Part shown: positions 25,781-45,719 of the stretch, piece after piece
Layout: each line of letters starts with the position of its first letter
How positions within the stretch are numbered: position 1 is the stretch's first letter
Assembly (NCBI GenBank): GCA_964016885.1
Contig: OZ024742.1
Coordinates: forward strand, 132,432,001 to 132,496,000
Length of the DNA: 64,000 bases
DNA from: Eledone cirrhosa
Taxonomy: Eukaryota
Direction: 5' to 3'
Position numbers and translations under genes: made by a program
Notes under the pieces: model-generated
Databases searched by the model: none
What the model saw: the letters and a program-made list of their open reading frames with translations, nothing else
What the model was told of the DNA's origin: nothing

Positions 25781-26159
25781 AGTGTTTGTGTAGATACTTA
25801 AGTATATAATTATGTTTGTTTGTGTGTGTATATACGGATGCCCAGCAGATATATTCCGACTTAGTTATGAGAAATTTAATTTATAGACATGTATGTATTA
25901 AGATCTTATAGGCACTTGCATCTAGGCAAACATAAACATAATAGCATACATGCATTGCGAATATACGTTGAAAATTAAAAACGCGTTTTCAATGAATATA
26001 TTAATATAACATGAATTAAATTATTGGAAAGTCTTTACAAGCAGACAGACACACAGAGAGGCCAGCGTTAAATATATAATATGTGTAGATACTTTGCTCA
26101 GGTACATATCCATATGTATGCAGGTACATATCCATATTTACAGATGCTTGTATGTACAC

Positions 26160-26238
<79 letters not shown>

Positions 26239-26272
26239 ATATATAATTTTATATATATACTATACATATATT

Positions 26273-26336
<64 letters not shown>

Positions 26337-27123
26337 TATATAATATATATATAAATATATGTATAGTATATATATAAAATTATATATAATATATATAAAT
26401 ATATGTATATTATATATATATATATTCTTATATTAGGTAGCTGAAAAAAGCAGCCACCTGCGTTTATAAATATACCTTTAAATAGAAATATGCTAACATT
26501 CATTCTTCGATCTCTCAATTATGCAATTATGTAAGAATTTTCTTCGAATCTAATTGCATAAATAAAAATAACCAACCTCCGACCTTCAGTCACAGAGGCG
26601 CTACACACACACACATGCAAACACGAACTCACAAACCCCCACATACACACACACACACTAACACACATAGATATATATGCAATTGCCAGTACGTATTATG
26701 TAACTTTGTGCATTTTCTGCTATTACCTTATATATATATATATAATTAGTTACAACAGTGACATATACAAGTATTTACATTTCCTCGGGTAAAACACCAC
26801 AACCCATTCACCTTGTTATATGAAAAGAAAATGGCTGCGCTCACTCAACGAATTATACTTAACTCGTCCTATCGAGTCCGTGCTCTTATTTCTACCAAAC
26901 TTGGATATTTCTACCAAACTTCTACTATATATATATATATATATATATATATTTCACAATTGAAAATTGCAAACTTTACTGAAGTTTGCGAAAGCCTGAA
27001 GGTACTTGTTCAATTAAAACTTAACATTTAATATTCTACCATACTATTTCATTAAAATATAATTATAATTTTAAAGGATTGTAAATAAAACGAGTAAATC
27101 AGACACAGTTGGAATTATTTTTA

Positions 27124-27172
<49 letters not shown>

Positions 27173-27203
27173 AGATCAAAAGATGGTTAAAGGAGTTCCA
27201 TAT

Positions 27204-27272
27204 ATTTTATTATGCGCATTTCAAAAACAAACATCATCAAGCAATAATATTTGTGTTTTCATCAGATAAAAC
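27204..27272 (-). ncRNA. Hammerhead ribozyme motif (family A relative)
   Basis: GTTTTAT-CTGATGA-AAACACAAATATTATT..GATGATGTTTGTTTTT-GAAA-TGCGCA-TA-ATAAAAT. Confidence 0.72.
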
Positions 27273-27394
27273 AGGAGAACATGATATGAAGGCTAAAAAA
27301 CACTTGTGGATAGTGCAGTTTTAAATCAACATATCGTGCTTCTCATCCGATATCTGCATTGCTTTATTGTACTACAATAAAACTCACCTCCTAC

Positions 27395-27458
<64 letters not shown>

Positions 27459-27585
27459 TATATATATATAACAGGGTGAATGAGTTGGGGTGTTTTACCC
27501 GAGGTAATGTAAATACTTGTATATGTCACTGCTGTAACTAATTGTGGTATATATAAATGGTAACACAAAAGTTTCTACACCATAC

Positions 27586-27623
27586 CGAGAACAATTGTTT
27601 CACCTTAGCGAATCCTCAGCTCG
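27586..27623 (-). ncRNA. Minimal hammerhead motif (family F)
   Basis: CGAG-CTGAGGA-TTCGCTAAGGT-GAAA-CAATTG-TT-CTCG. Confidence 0.65.
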
Positions 27624-27651
27624 CAATGGTCATGGTTATACGGAACATGTA

Positions 27652-27944
27652 TAGTAGATGGTTAAGTTTCAGTCATAACTACCATGACTGAATCTTAACC
27701 ATCTACTATGTCAGGGTATGTCCTGCATCATTTTATTTTATCTGATGAGGACGTACTGTTGAACTTAACTCAGTACCTCTGAAATATGTATAATAACATA
27801 TAATTTATGACAAGAATATCTATTTTGTTAATATTTTGAATTATTATTAATAACTCTGGAAAACATTTATATTGAGTGCTTCCAATCTATTGTAAAACCC
27901 ATTCTTTGATGTATTCATTGAACCTTGTTTAACTTTTAAATATA

Positions 27945-27945
<1 letters not shown>
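27652..27945 (+). mobile_element. Family A repeat with short 5' fold-back and HHR at 27734-27800
   Basis: 26-bp-arm hairpin at 27652-27709. TATTTTAT-CTGATGA-GGACGTACTG..CAGTACCTCT-GAAA-TATGTA-TA-ATAACATA. The tail resembles 385-530. Confidence 0.75.
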
Positions 27946-27983
<38 letters not shown>

Positions 27984-28055
27984 TGAAATTTCCGTTGAAA
28001 ACAGAAAAGGTCATAGAAGTGAAGAGTGCTCTATGTAAGTACCAGAGCAAAATTT

Positions 28056-28725
28056 AATGTATAAAAATCAATACAATATAATTACCTCATTACCAGAGGT
28101 TTCCCGAATGAGGCGAATACGAAAGAAACGTCTTCATTCGTTCGTCAGATGAGGCAATATAAAACATGGCTAAATACTTGGAAAGTCTCATCAAGAAAAG
28201 CAAAAAAAAAATTATATAAATATAGACAAATGAATTACAATAGCCATATGAAATATATAAAAATATTTCAAGAAATATAGTTAGGTATGTGTATATGTAT
28301 GTATATACGCTCACAGATGTACACTTATGTGTATGTACAAATGTATACGTATAGTGAAAAAGTGTGCGTAAATATGTGTTAGGGCAAGTGTATCTGTGTA
28401 TCTATAAACTACAGACAGACATGATGTGGTTTTTTTGTTTGGCGTACATACACATATGTGTACATCTGTGAGCGTATATACATACATATACACACACCTA
28501 ACTATATTTCTTGAAATATTTTTATATATTTCATGTGGCTATTGTAATTCATTTGTCTCTATTTATATACTATTTTTTGCTTTTCTTGATGAGACTTTCC
28601 AAGTATTTAGCCATGTTTTATATTGCCTCGTCAGACGAACGAATGAAGACGTTTCTTTCGTATTCGCCTCATTCGGGAAACCTCTGGTAATGAGGTAATT
28701 ATATTGTATTGATTTTTATACATTA
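28056..28725. repeat. Inverted repeat with about 280-bp arms and about 110-bp spacer
   Basis: 28056-28335 is the reverse complement of 28446-28725 with few mismatches. Confidence 0.9.
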
Positions 28726-28747
28726 TATATATATATAAATATATATA

Positions 28748-29899
<1,152 letters not shown>

Positions 29900-30134
29900 A
29901 GAGGAAGAGAGAGGTAGCGTGTGGTGTCGAAACCGGGAATGCTCAATGAATGAAAATATGCAGTGTCTATAGGGAAAGTTATATACCTGACCGCGATGTC
30001 TACCCTGTATTCAGCATGCCTTTTCATGGGAGACTACCCTTTACAAAGGTTTGCTGACCATAAGCCGAAACCGGTAGTCGTCGCGTTAGGGCTTATACAT
30101 TAGCTTCTCGCTCTCACACTCTGTTTCTCCCACG

Positions 30135-30218
<84 letters not shown>

Positions 30219-30234
30219 ATATATATATATACAC

Positions 30235-30520
30235 ACAGATATCCACGGTAAGTTGTCGGGTCTAGTCTGCAGGAAGAACTCAATGTAATCCATATGTTAA
30301 AAATGTTGTAGGTTAAAATAAATCCCGGAAAACAATAAAACATTAAAAGGAAAACAGAGTCATGATATAAGTTAAAACAATGAAATAAAAATTTAAGTCA
30401 TTAGACATATACTTCACTGCTTTACGATCGTTTCTAGGTGATGATACTACATCGTAACCATACTTCGTTATCGATCTATGTAAGGTTAGCTACAAAATAT
30501 TAGATAAGGAAAATATTTAC
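30235..30520 (-). repeat. Isolated PLE1-like 3' tail with the 3' half of an HHR
   Basis: tttacgatcgtttctagg is shared with 10561-10578. 30240-30370 is similar (inverted) to 13301-13430 and 33320-33385. Confidence 0.6.
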
Positions 30521-30949
30521 TTACATGTATATATATATATGTATATATATATGTAAGTAAATATATATATATATATAGAGAGAGAGGTATATATATATAT
30601 ATATATATACATATGCATCTGTATCAATACTATAAAGGAAGCACATATACCACAGGTGTTTCGCCACATGTTTGCAGTGTAACACATGGAGTGTATGCAG
30701 TGTATTCATAACAAATTAATATATTTATGGTATTTCAATATCCCAGCCCTTACAAATTAAATTGTATTTCATCTATGAATATTTGATTTATCACAACCCT
30801 ATACAGGTAGATTCATCATACCTTTATATTCTTTCTAAAATAGAACACGGAACTATATATTTGCTGCTCTCTCAATATAAACATACATCACAACATCTAA
30901 AACTCTGTGGAAATATTAAGATATTCATTTACATGAATATTTCCAGTTG

Positions 30950-31007
<58 letters not shown>

Positions 31008-31081
31008 CAAATAAACATACAACACAACACACACGCGCGCGCGCGCACACACATACACACATACACGCACACACACATATT

Positions 31082-31137
<56 letters not shown>

Positions 31138-32114
31138 TAAACTTGGGAATCAATTAAGTCAAGCACTGCAACTTATCTATAATGTAAGTATCTATACGGA
31201 ATTCCCATTTCGTAAAAATTTTCATAATTCGTTATTAAAATATTCATTGAATATGTTGTAGTTAAAGTTTAAATTATTTATTTATTCATGAAACGAATGA
31301 TGAAAATAAATATGAAAAAAGGTAACTGCTCATTACCACCTAGCCAAATATTTTTCCTTGAAATAAATAAGTTTTTAATGTATCAAGTCAACTCCGTCTA
31401 AAAGCCCTGCTAGCACATTCAAAATCAATAAGTACTGCAACAGATTCGCATATAACACAATGCCAATAGCATGAAGTCCAGCATGAAATCAGCGTTATTA
31501 CTGGAATGACAGCTAGCCATCCCTAAACCACCTTTAAGAATGTTCAACGTGGACACAATCATTTAAATCAGCCACACTACCAACTCGAACTTACCACTTC
31601 CTCCTACCATCAACTGAACTTTAAGCAGCACTATCACCATCTATTCCAAAACCTCTTATAAGTTTAATTGCAATAGTGTCACCACTTATTTGTTTACAAT
31701 GTTACTACTAGGAATCCAACAGCTCTCACACAAATAACAGACCTTCTATTAAGATAGCATAAACGAAAACGATTCAAATTTTCAAACAACTCATGAATTA
31801 TCACCATAGCCGAGGGGAAATTCTACACAACACCCTACAAAAATAACAAAATTTCTACATCTCGTTTTGCTTGGTGACTTATGTAGAAAATGTACTTATA
31901 TCATAAAGATTCAGCATTTAAGCGCATCTTAAGTTCAAAATAGTAACAGCTCTCTAGTTTGGGATAATAATGTCTGTAGACTGAGGGCCATACAATGAAA
32001 GCTTAGAATCCTGCTAATTTTCGGAGAGACAATTTTAGATAACATAAACCGGCTTTTATCATTAAACAATATATATATAACTGAATATTCTATTATTCGA
32101 TATATATATATACA

Positions 32115-36380
<4,266 letters not shown>

Positions 36381-36399
36381 ATATATATATATATATATA

Positions 36400-36727
36400 T
36401 ATATATGAATGTATATATAGTGTATTTTGCAATACACTGTATGCTTAATTAAAAGCATTTTGAAGACCTTACGCTATTGTTTTAAAGTAGCAACAATGTC
36501 ACTTACTTCTATTTTCAGCAAACATGTGGAGATAAGTTGACAGAGTTTGTTTCATACTTGTTGGTACTTATCAAAGCTCAGCACTCCTCCTGTCTACTTA
36601 TCTCCCCTTGTTTCCTGAAAGCAGAAGTAAGTGACATTGTCACTACTTTAAAACGTAAGGTCTTCAAAATGCTTTTAATTAAGCATACAGTGTATTGAAA
36701 ATACACTATATATACATTCATATATAT
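36400..36727. repeat. Fold-back (MITE-like or PLE-type inverted pair), about 140-bp imperfect arms
   Basis: 36400-36544 versus 36590-36727, with TA flanks. Confidence 0.8.
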
Positions 36728-36762
36728 ATCGCTATTTCAGAGCACCAATTCTAATTTATTAA

Positions 36763-36803
<41 letters not shown>

Positions 36804-36818
36804 TGTAAGTATGCATAC

Positions 36819-36901
<83 letters not shown>

Positions 36902-36941
36902 CACACAAACGCACATAAATATATATATATTCATACACACA

Positions 36942-37190
36942 TATGTACGAATCGGTTATATCGAACATAATAATATTCGATTCATTTGTAAAAAAAACAG
37001 CCCGATTAAAGTTGTGCTGTGCCGATGACAAATCGTCATCCATCTGTTCAACACTGACATTGAGGAAGAATCAATATGTTTCTCGGTCACTACCCTTCAT
37101 CAGGACTGTATACATCTCTCAACCTACTGAACGGTTGAAAATATATATTTTCTGAAGTACACATCTGGTGATTAGCCTCATTTGCATCAT
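36942..37190 (-). mobile_element. Highly diverged family C relative retaining octamer, TATA palindrome and HHR core
   Basis: Minus strand: ATGCAAAT (37180-37187), AAAATATATATTTT, CTGATGA-AGGGTAGTGACCGA-GAAAC, then tgtcagtgttgaaca. Confidence 0.7.
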
Positions 37191-38402
37191 AATAATAATT
37201 ATACCTTCAGTATTTTTATGTTTAATCATTTTGCTACTATTAATATCATTATCCATATATGGTAGCTAGAAATTATTCGGCTTTTTAAAAGAGTATCATA
37301 AACTGCTGGATTTTCGTAGCAAGAAAATACTATGAATTCAGTTGAGCGACCTAACGTGGAAATCTATTTTCTTCGCCCCCCCCCCCCCTTATTGTTGCTT
37401 AAGATTCGGGATTGCCTAATATTGAACCGAGGCTGGACGAGGCAGAAAACAGCTTTCCTATCAAACGTCTTATATCGAAAATACTACTACAATTTGATAA
37501 TTTTTATAAAGGAGTTTACTCATCTGGGACAGTGCGTTTCTTAATCCATGTGTATTTCGAATCCTAGCCGATTCTATTTTCAGCATCAGAATAGTGTCGT
37601 ATTGGATGCTTCTTTATCAATGTTCATAAAATATAATGAGAAATAGTAGCTTGTGAACGCTTGATTTCAACTTTCTTGGCACTTGAGTATAGCAGGTGTT
37701 ATAATTGGTTTTGCTTATGCTGTTTATGCTGAAGCTGTGTATAATATTTTAGTTTATATTCTGATATTATTACATCTTCCATATTTATTCGCTATGTCTG
37801 TTGTGGAATTCCATATAGAATTCTGCAGTTATCCAGGTTAAACGTAATAGCAAATAGCTGTTTGATGTTGCTATGGGGAACTATGAGTGGTCAGAGGTAT
37901 GTAAACTAGTGGATTCATACATTTTAGATTAACTGCTTCGTATCATGTTGGTTCTGACCTAGCTCTCTATAGAGATGGCCGTCTAATTTTATCACGTTTA
38001 TTCAATAGAATCCCCTTAAATATATGTAGAAAAGATTTAATTAATATCTTCAGGATGTTTAATGTAAAATTAATAGTTACTATTAATATTAAAGTTTATA
38101 ACTTTCTAGATATAACATTAAATCTAAACGCAGATAAATATTTATCAGATAGAAAATCAAAATATATTATCTAATCATCACTCTTCAGTGTTAAAAACCT
38201 TCTTTAACAACATAGGTAAAATCATTTCAAATATTTCATTTGATGAACTTCAATATAACATGCCATATGGAGGAAATATATGGTGTCAAATGAAATCGAA
38301 TATAACAATGTCAGTTATGTATAATGGAGAGCACCTTGATATTAATTTTCAGATATAAGCATAGACACACGCACACACACACACACACACTCTCACACAC
38401 AC

Positions 38403-38469
<67 letters not shown>

Positions 38470-38548
38470 ACCAATGAACCAATACAGGAATGCAACAATA
38501 CATAGTTATATTAGTTTAACGGTTGGAGGAAATAGATGCGTGTTTTAC

Positions 38549-38617
<69 letters not shown>

Positions 38618-38639
38618 TATATATATTTACTGATACATT

Positions 38640-39110
38640 TTCATGTGTCAGCCAAAAGCCGGCTTACATCTAGGAAAAGATTCCTAAAGAGGAATCAAAC
38701 ATCCGAACATCAAGCATAAGTAGTGAAAGAGTCACTCGCTGGGAAGAAAAAAACTTAACAACCTCCCAGCTAAAGGCGAGGCACTACCCCCACACTCACA
38801 CACGGAGCAGATACAAAGTATGCATTGTGGAAATGCCTCAGCCGATTAAGATCTGGTGTTAGTCGTGCAAAAGCCAATTTGGCAAAATGAGGATATTTAA
38901 AGAATGGGAACGTTGTGTGTGACTGAGGCAGCGAACCACAGACTACGCTGCACCTCTTGATATCCCCCCTGCTGGAACACTCCTGCACAGCATTGAACTT
39001 GGCAGATTTTAATGAGAAAGGACATCAATGTGTTCAGCTGTGGCAGAGCCACATCTAACCAACCTTTGTAGCCGACACTCTTGTGGACACATTAAGAAGA
39101 TTACGAAGAG
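38640..39110 (+). mobile_element. 3' end of an I-group (Ingi/Vingi-like) LINE, decayed
   Basis: RLTSRKRF, then LWKCLSRLRSGVSRAKANLAK*GY...CD*GSEPQTTLHLL (degenerate C-terminal CCHC). Confidence 0.7.
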
Positions 39111-40021
39111 GTTACGTTCTCAAACTAGAAACTCTCCCACACATCCCTGCAAAATCTATATATTAATTTATAATGCACAATCATTTTCACATTTGAAATT
39201 ACAAACGCACTGAATGTTTTGAAGCTCAGAATTCACCTAGATACAAATCTCATAAGTTTCGAAATACAGTTCATCTAAATTTTGCTGTCCCTCCATATGA
39301 ATGACTATTTGGTTGTCCCATAATACGAATCAAAGAATATTTGCAGGAAGTTTTTTAAAATTACGGTTACAAAAATTGTAAGGTTTAGAATCAAAACTGT
39401 ACCCTATTCGTACAAAATGGTATTTGGCCTTTGAATTCTGAAATACATTTTCTATTTGGGAGATTGTTTACTCCATCATTCTGAAACTCTTTCTATAGAA
39501 ATAGTTCCCCCTTGAATAGGCTAACGGCTAAATAATTTTTGTGGTTGTGTTTTATATTTACATCATGCACTTTGTGATTTTCAATACAGAGGAATAGAAT
39601 TTTTCCATCTCAGTAATCTGTGCTCTCCGTCATTCTTACAACGTATATTTAAAGAGTATATTCTCTACAAAGAACAAAGAAAAGGCAGAAAGAAATTCTT
39701 TTGTATGAACTCACGTAACTGAGATATGTTTATGGTGTCTTTCATGAACTTGTTGCTTATTGGCGAAACCTTACAAAATGTTAGTAATATCAGATATAGG
39801 AGTAAGAGAGATGTTTTTTAAACTGTTGTATCATGGAAAACCATATTCTATTTAAATTCATTGATATTTGGTTTTTGAGATAAGGGGTACTTTGATGATT
39901 TTCATTTCGTGTCGACCGTGAAAGAATACATTCATTATGCTATATGAGCAAAGGGTTAGATTCAACTGAAACATTTTCTATCTTTCATCGAACAGAATTC
40001 CAGAACAAACGTTATATATGC

Positions 40022-40086
<65 letters not shown>

Positions 40087-40141
40087 ACATATATATATGT
40101 ATATATATATATAGTTATATATACAACATGCATATACAACA

Positions 40142-40193
<52 letters not shown>

Positions 40194-40589
40194 GCGTGCG
40201 TGTGTGTGTGTGTGTCCGTGTGTTTATGAGTGTATGTGAGCGTGCCCGTGTGTGTATGTGTGTATGTATTTGAGCGTGTGCATGTGCGTATGTGTGTGCT
40301 TGTGCGAGTTAATGTTGTGTAAATGTATAGAATATAAAATATACATGTCGATGATCGATTCAACTTGAGAACTATTTGGTTATGTAAGAGCCTCATATGT
40401 ATTGTAGAATAAGAACCATTTATATTTTCATATCTTCCTATTTTTTACTTCTCTAAGATAGATTGCATTATATATTCCCCACTATTTATCTACTTACACC
40501 GAAGTGGTGAAACACTGCTTAAATATCTACATTATTTTACTGAATAATGGTTTCAGATTTAGGTACAACGCTAACAATTTTGGGTGAAG

Positions 40590-40762
40590 GTGAAAATTGA
40601 TTAAATCGATCCAAGTTTATTATTGATGCCTTATTTCATCGTTCCCGTAAGGATGAAATTCAAAGCTAACCTCGTCGTGATTTGAATTCAGATTGTAAAT
40701 AAAGGAACGTAACTCTATGTGACAAAACATGGTATCAAACACTCTACCGAAACTGCCAACCC
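40590..40762 (-). mobile_element. tRNA-type SINE (major family), decayed
   Basis: gtaaggatgaaa...aacctcgtcgtgatttgaattcaga...ctctaccgaaactgccaa. Confidence 0.6.
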
Positions 40763-41616
40763 ATAACCCTTACTTAACTGAGTGATAATATCCGATTTCA
40801 AAAATAAAAACAACAAAAAAAAGGAGTGTTTCATGTTCAGTAAAAATTATTTTAAAGGAATATTTTTCCGTGTGAAATATAGTTTTGAAAGGAAATTAAA
40901 AAGGTATGAATTACATGATAACTTTTGTAAACAATATACAATGCATGGCATTGCTGATTTGGCGTGCATGAGATGATTGTCGGATTATCATCGTATTCAT
41001 TTTACAAAAATGCAGCATCTAAAATTAAACTGTTTAAAGATTTAATCTAACAAGGCCTTGTAAAAAGATAATTATTGATAATTAGATTGAAGTAAATAAA
41101 TTTACAAATATGCTGAGATGGACAAGAACAATATCTTTAGCCATCAAGACATAAAGGATTTCTCAAAAGGAGTTAACATAATTTCGTTCCAAACTGTAAA
41201 CAATTTTGTACATAAAGTTGCTTGATTGTTTGTGAAAACACGTCATTCACTATCATTGCATCTAAAAGATAAATCAAAACAGAATATGTTTAAAAAAACA
41301 TATTATTATTGCATACGCATAGCTAGATGGTTTAAAAAGGAAAATGTCAGATTCGAACATTCGCAGTACTTTTTCAAAGCCAATGAATCTATTCATCACA
41401 CTCATTGATGAGTGTGATGAATAGATTGCAATCGACTCACAGAAATATGAAAATTCTTTTAGTGCCCGGCTTTAAAAATAAACCATGTAGAAATAATTCG
41501 CTTGAAACTCAGTTTGGTGTTGATATAAATATTCATATAGAATCAAAATCTCTTAGAGCAACTTGAAATAATAAACACATTGTCACACACATTGTCACAC
41601 ACACACACACACACAC

Positions 41617-41682
<66 letters not shown>

Positions 41683-44609
41683 GCGCACACAATATCACAC
41701 GTACACAAATGTGGGCGCGCACACCAACACGCATACTTCCACGATTTGTCTAACAATGTATTCGTGTTTTTAAAAAAAATATATAAAGATTTGCTTCTCG
41801 GCCAAGTCCTAGTAGCCATACTTCACATCTGGTTAGCTGATTCCAACCAATCAATGTTCAGTGTAAATCATTTAACAAGAAAGTCCGATTAACAAAATGT
41901 TACCATGTAATTGTCAAATTCCCTACCATCAACAATTAATTATCAACTTTAGTTTAGCCATCATCTATAACTCAGCTAACATTTTTCAGACTATTGCAAT
42001 ACTCTAGCTATCAAAAAAATATCAACTCAAACGAACATCAAAATTATTCTCATGCTTTCCCTTGAAGAGCAACATGAAGCAAAGTTACCCTAGAGTCTAG
42101 GGCCTAGACAGTTTCATCTCGTTCATTTGTAAATAGACTAATTGGTTGACAATCTCTGGTTGAAATATATGCCCATCTCTTTATATATTTTAAGGATTAA
42201 GAAGTAAATTTCTTTAATTTAACAGTGGCTCGGTAACTGACAGCATTCAAATTATATAGTACAAAGGTTTAATCCTGTCCAGACATAATAGGAACATGCG
42301 TTTTAATGAAAGGATGCTATTTCCTGTCTTCTGTTCAAGAATCGTGTAGTTTTAATCAGTATATAGATGAACAGAGAGAAACTTAGTTTCTCTCTATATA
42401 TATGCGGGAGCTGTGCCCCAGATAGTTCATGCTGTGGATACATTTTCATGACATTGCTTATTATTTTCTTGGCATATTCTGAAAAAGAGACCTATATGAA
42501 TATATGCATTGATACTATCGGATGTTAAATTTTCCTCAAATCAACTAAAAATTGCTTTATTTGTATTATACACCATGTCATTAGAATGGCAGGACCATTC
42601 AATTGACTGAAAGATTGGATCATGTTTAAGTAGATACTCCTAAATATAATCGGCCATTTATGCTGGTAGTGTAGTTACAATATAATTGTTAATGGGGTTT
42701 GGTTCGAAATATAGAATTAGATCCTAACCTGGTCACTACAACGAAACTTAGTCATGGTGCAGTTAGAATGATTTTGATATTTCTCTGTGGCTCAGAAATC
42801 ATGCGTGAATTAGACAAGAAATATCTAGGTATGAATGGAAACCTTACGTGAAATTAATTTTTCTTTACGCTGCTATAATGTTTGTATATTCTTTACAAAT
42901 ACGCAATAGGAGGTTGTACAACATTTGTTTTGTATAGATTACATGAATACATGAACCAATGATACACACTATGCATGGTTGCTCTACAATGGCTGCCACA
43001 GAATCTCCCTTGTTTCGCAGACCCCTATCATCAATATAAGGATGCATTTTATAATGCAATCCGGGTAATACTGCACCTGAAAGAGAGAGACTGGATGACC
43101 ATGATTAGAATGACACTGTTTGATAAAGCTGTAAATCGCATGTTTATCGTTACGATTGTTCGACCTTACGTGATTCTTCATCGGTCACATCCTTTGCGAA
43201 TAATTATCAAAATCCCTGGGTAGTATTTAATAAGGCTACCGCAAAGACCCTATCCAGCTTTAATCACGAGCAATAAGGACTGAACTAGCATATGTACAAC
43301 TCGCTTCTACAGAATCTGTATAAACATTGCAATATTATTACGTTTGTTTTCTAACAGCGCTGTCTAGGAATATGTAACAATATTGACAAAATACTTCGAC
43401 GGAAATTCAATTTCCTTTTAAACGTTCATATTGAATGTAGAATATGTATCTAATTTCTTATTAATGTAAGCGGTGTGCTGGTAAACATGTTACATATACA
43501 CAGGAAATAAAAATCTATACAATATTAATCTATTAATATATCTACGATTTTGTATGAATCACGTTAGTCTTATATTTCAAATTTTAATATTAGTTGTTCC
43601 ATAGAATTTGATTGTAGAGTTGGTGGAACACTGTTTGTAAAGCTTAATCAAGGTAGATTACGTGTTATGTTCAAAGCTTAGCGATTTACGTCTTGCCATT
43701 CCTTTGTCGTGGGTTGATAAAATGAGTGGCAATCAAGTAATGGGGTTGCTTTCATCGATATGTCATTAACTATAACTTTATATCGATGTGCTTATAAGAG
43801 AATCCAATATTTCGTTGTTTTCTTTATTGATTGAAACGATCTTCATAACTACATGACTGAAATGATATATTTCTGCATACAGTGATGCAGGTGAGAATAC
43901 ATAAAAAAATATGTTCAATTGTTTTTCTCCATGTTGCAAGTGTGAGACAGGAAGATTTTTTGGAGAGGAGATGTCTATTCTTCGATGTATTACTATTTTA
44001 AACATGTAATTTCCTATTTCAGTAATAAATTAAATCAAATATGATGGATTAATTGTCCCAAAACATTATTCCTTGTGTATTCTATAAATATGTTGCAGTA
44101 TTGGCGCGGAATGTAGATAGAGAAAACTAAAGCAAGAAAAACCTGAAGAAGTATACTTCGCATCTCCCCAAATAACTGGAAAATATAACAAAATATACCA
44201 CCATAAACAATGATATTGAAATTCATGTGACGTGCTAGAAACAACCGTCAAATCTCCCTCTGTTCACAGTGTACCTCCACAAACCATGGAATGACATTGG
44301 GAATCGTATGGCTAGATATAAATAGATAAAAAAAATGGTGATCATGGCTGTAAACATGTTAATCATTGTTATGATGGATAGGGATGACTTGAAGCTTGAT
44401 ATCAAGAACCAAAATATTCACATACTAATATTAAACGTTTATAGTTAATGCAAATCAAAGGTATTAGTAAGGTGAGATTATCAACAGTAGCTTCCTTGCT
44501 GCAAGTTTCGCATTTAGAATAAAGATCCCATAACTCCTTGTAGGGGCACCGTCAAAAGGCGTGTCTAGAGAACGTTTAAACCTGCCGGAGCCCAACACTA
44601 TCTATAGAG

Positions 44610-44778
44610 GAATAATCGACCCCAGTACTAGAGACTGGTACTTGTTTTATCGACCTTGAAATAATGAAAAGTAAAGTTGACTCAGGCGAGATTTGAACTC
44701 AGAACGCGAAATGAGGTGGGACAAATACCGAACAGATTTCTATCCGGCGTCTAAACGACTCTGCCAATTCGCCACCTT
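44610..44778 (-). mobile_element. tRNA-type SINE (major family), diverged
   Basis: actggtacttgttttatcgacc...aaagttgactcaggcgagatttgaactcaga. Confidence 0.7.
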
Positions 44779-45486
44779 AAGCCTGATCAAACTAATCTGC
44801 ATCTTGATATAATTTGTATTTACGTGCGTATTTGTTCCATCGGAAATCTGAATTAGATGGCCGATTCAACAACATATATATGTAGCTCGTGGGAAACTTG
44901 CACAGAAATACTACTGATTTTCTTTTAAAAATACAGATTTGTGTTATCACCTCGTATTACCTCAATGCACTGCCAACCAGTTCGAGTACCATCAATCGAA
45001 ATAATGCTACCTTCGACCACGCAGGCTGATGCAAAATTCCCGAATCCCAGTAGAATTCGGATGGCTTTAACATCTCTAGCTTTTGCAGTAATGAGTGAAG
45101 AGAAAATCCTTAAAGGAGATCCAAGTCAAAACACTTTTAACGGATCGTACAGGTTGATGAAAATCGTTTGCAATAGGCACCCTTTTAGTGGGAGGTACAA
45201 GTAAAGTAATCGACGCGCTTATATCTAGAATGGCACTAGCTACAACAAAGAGAAGGAGAGGTCAAGATTTGAGGGTCTATGAAGAGCTATATAATGTATT
45301 CAGCTGGATCTTATGCGTTCTGAAGCTAGGTTGATTGATCAACTTAAATACGCAGTGCGTAAGAAGTGATGGTTGTTATGGATACACGTGCCGGTCAAAG
45401 CATACAGCTTTAGTTTATTTGTATATATATATATACTCAAACACACCACGGCCATAGTTGTATATATATATACAGTATATATATAC

Positions 45487-45526
<40 letters not shown>

Positions 45527-45719
45527 AATATATATATATATATGGATATATATATATATATATATACATACATATAAAGAGAGAGGGAGAGTGGGAGAGA
45601 GTGGGTGATATAGATAGATATCAGATACAAATTACACACACACATATGTATATACATACATACAAAGTTATATATATATATATTGGAACATGTCTGGAAT
45701 CCTTGGTAAAGTTATATAT

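Noticed and set aside
31440-31900. Minus-strand LKGGLGM motif suggesting an old non-LTR element
   Set aside because: Single short motif amid stops. Not supportable without an alignment.
42865-43090. Possible host exon after a pyrimidine-rich acceptor (minus strand, near 43078)
   Set aside because: No recognisable protein similarity. Needs RNA-seq or BLASTX.
44935-45204. 87-aa ORF following an AG acceptor-like site
   Set aside because: No recognisable domain.
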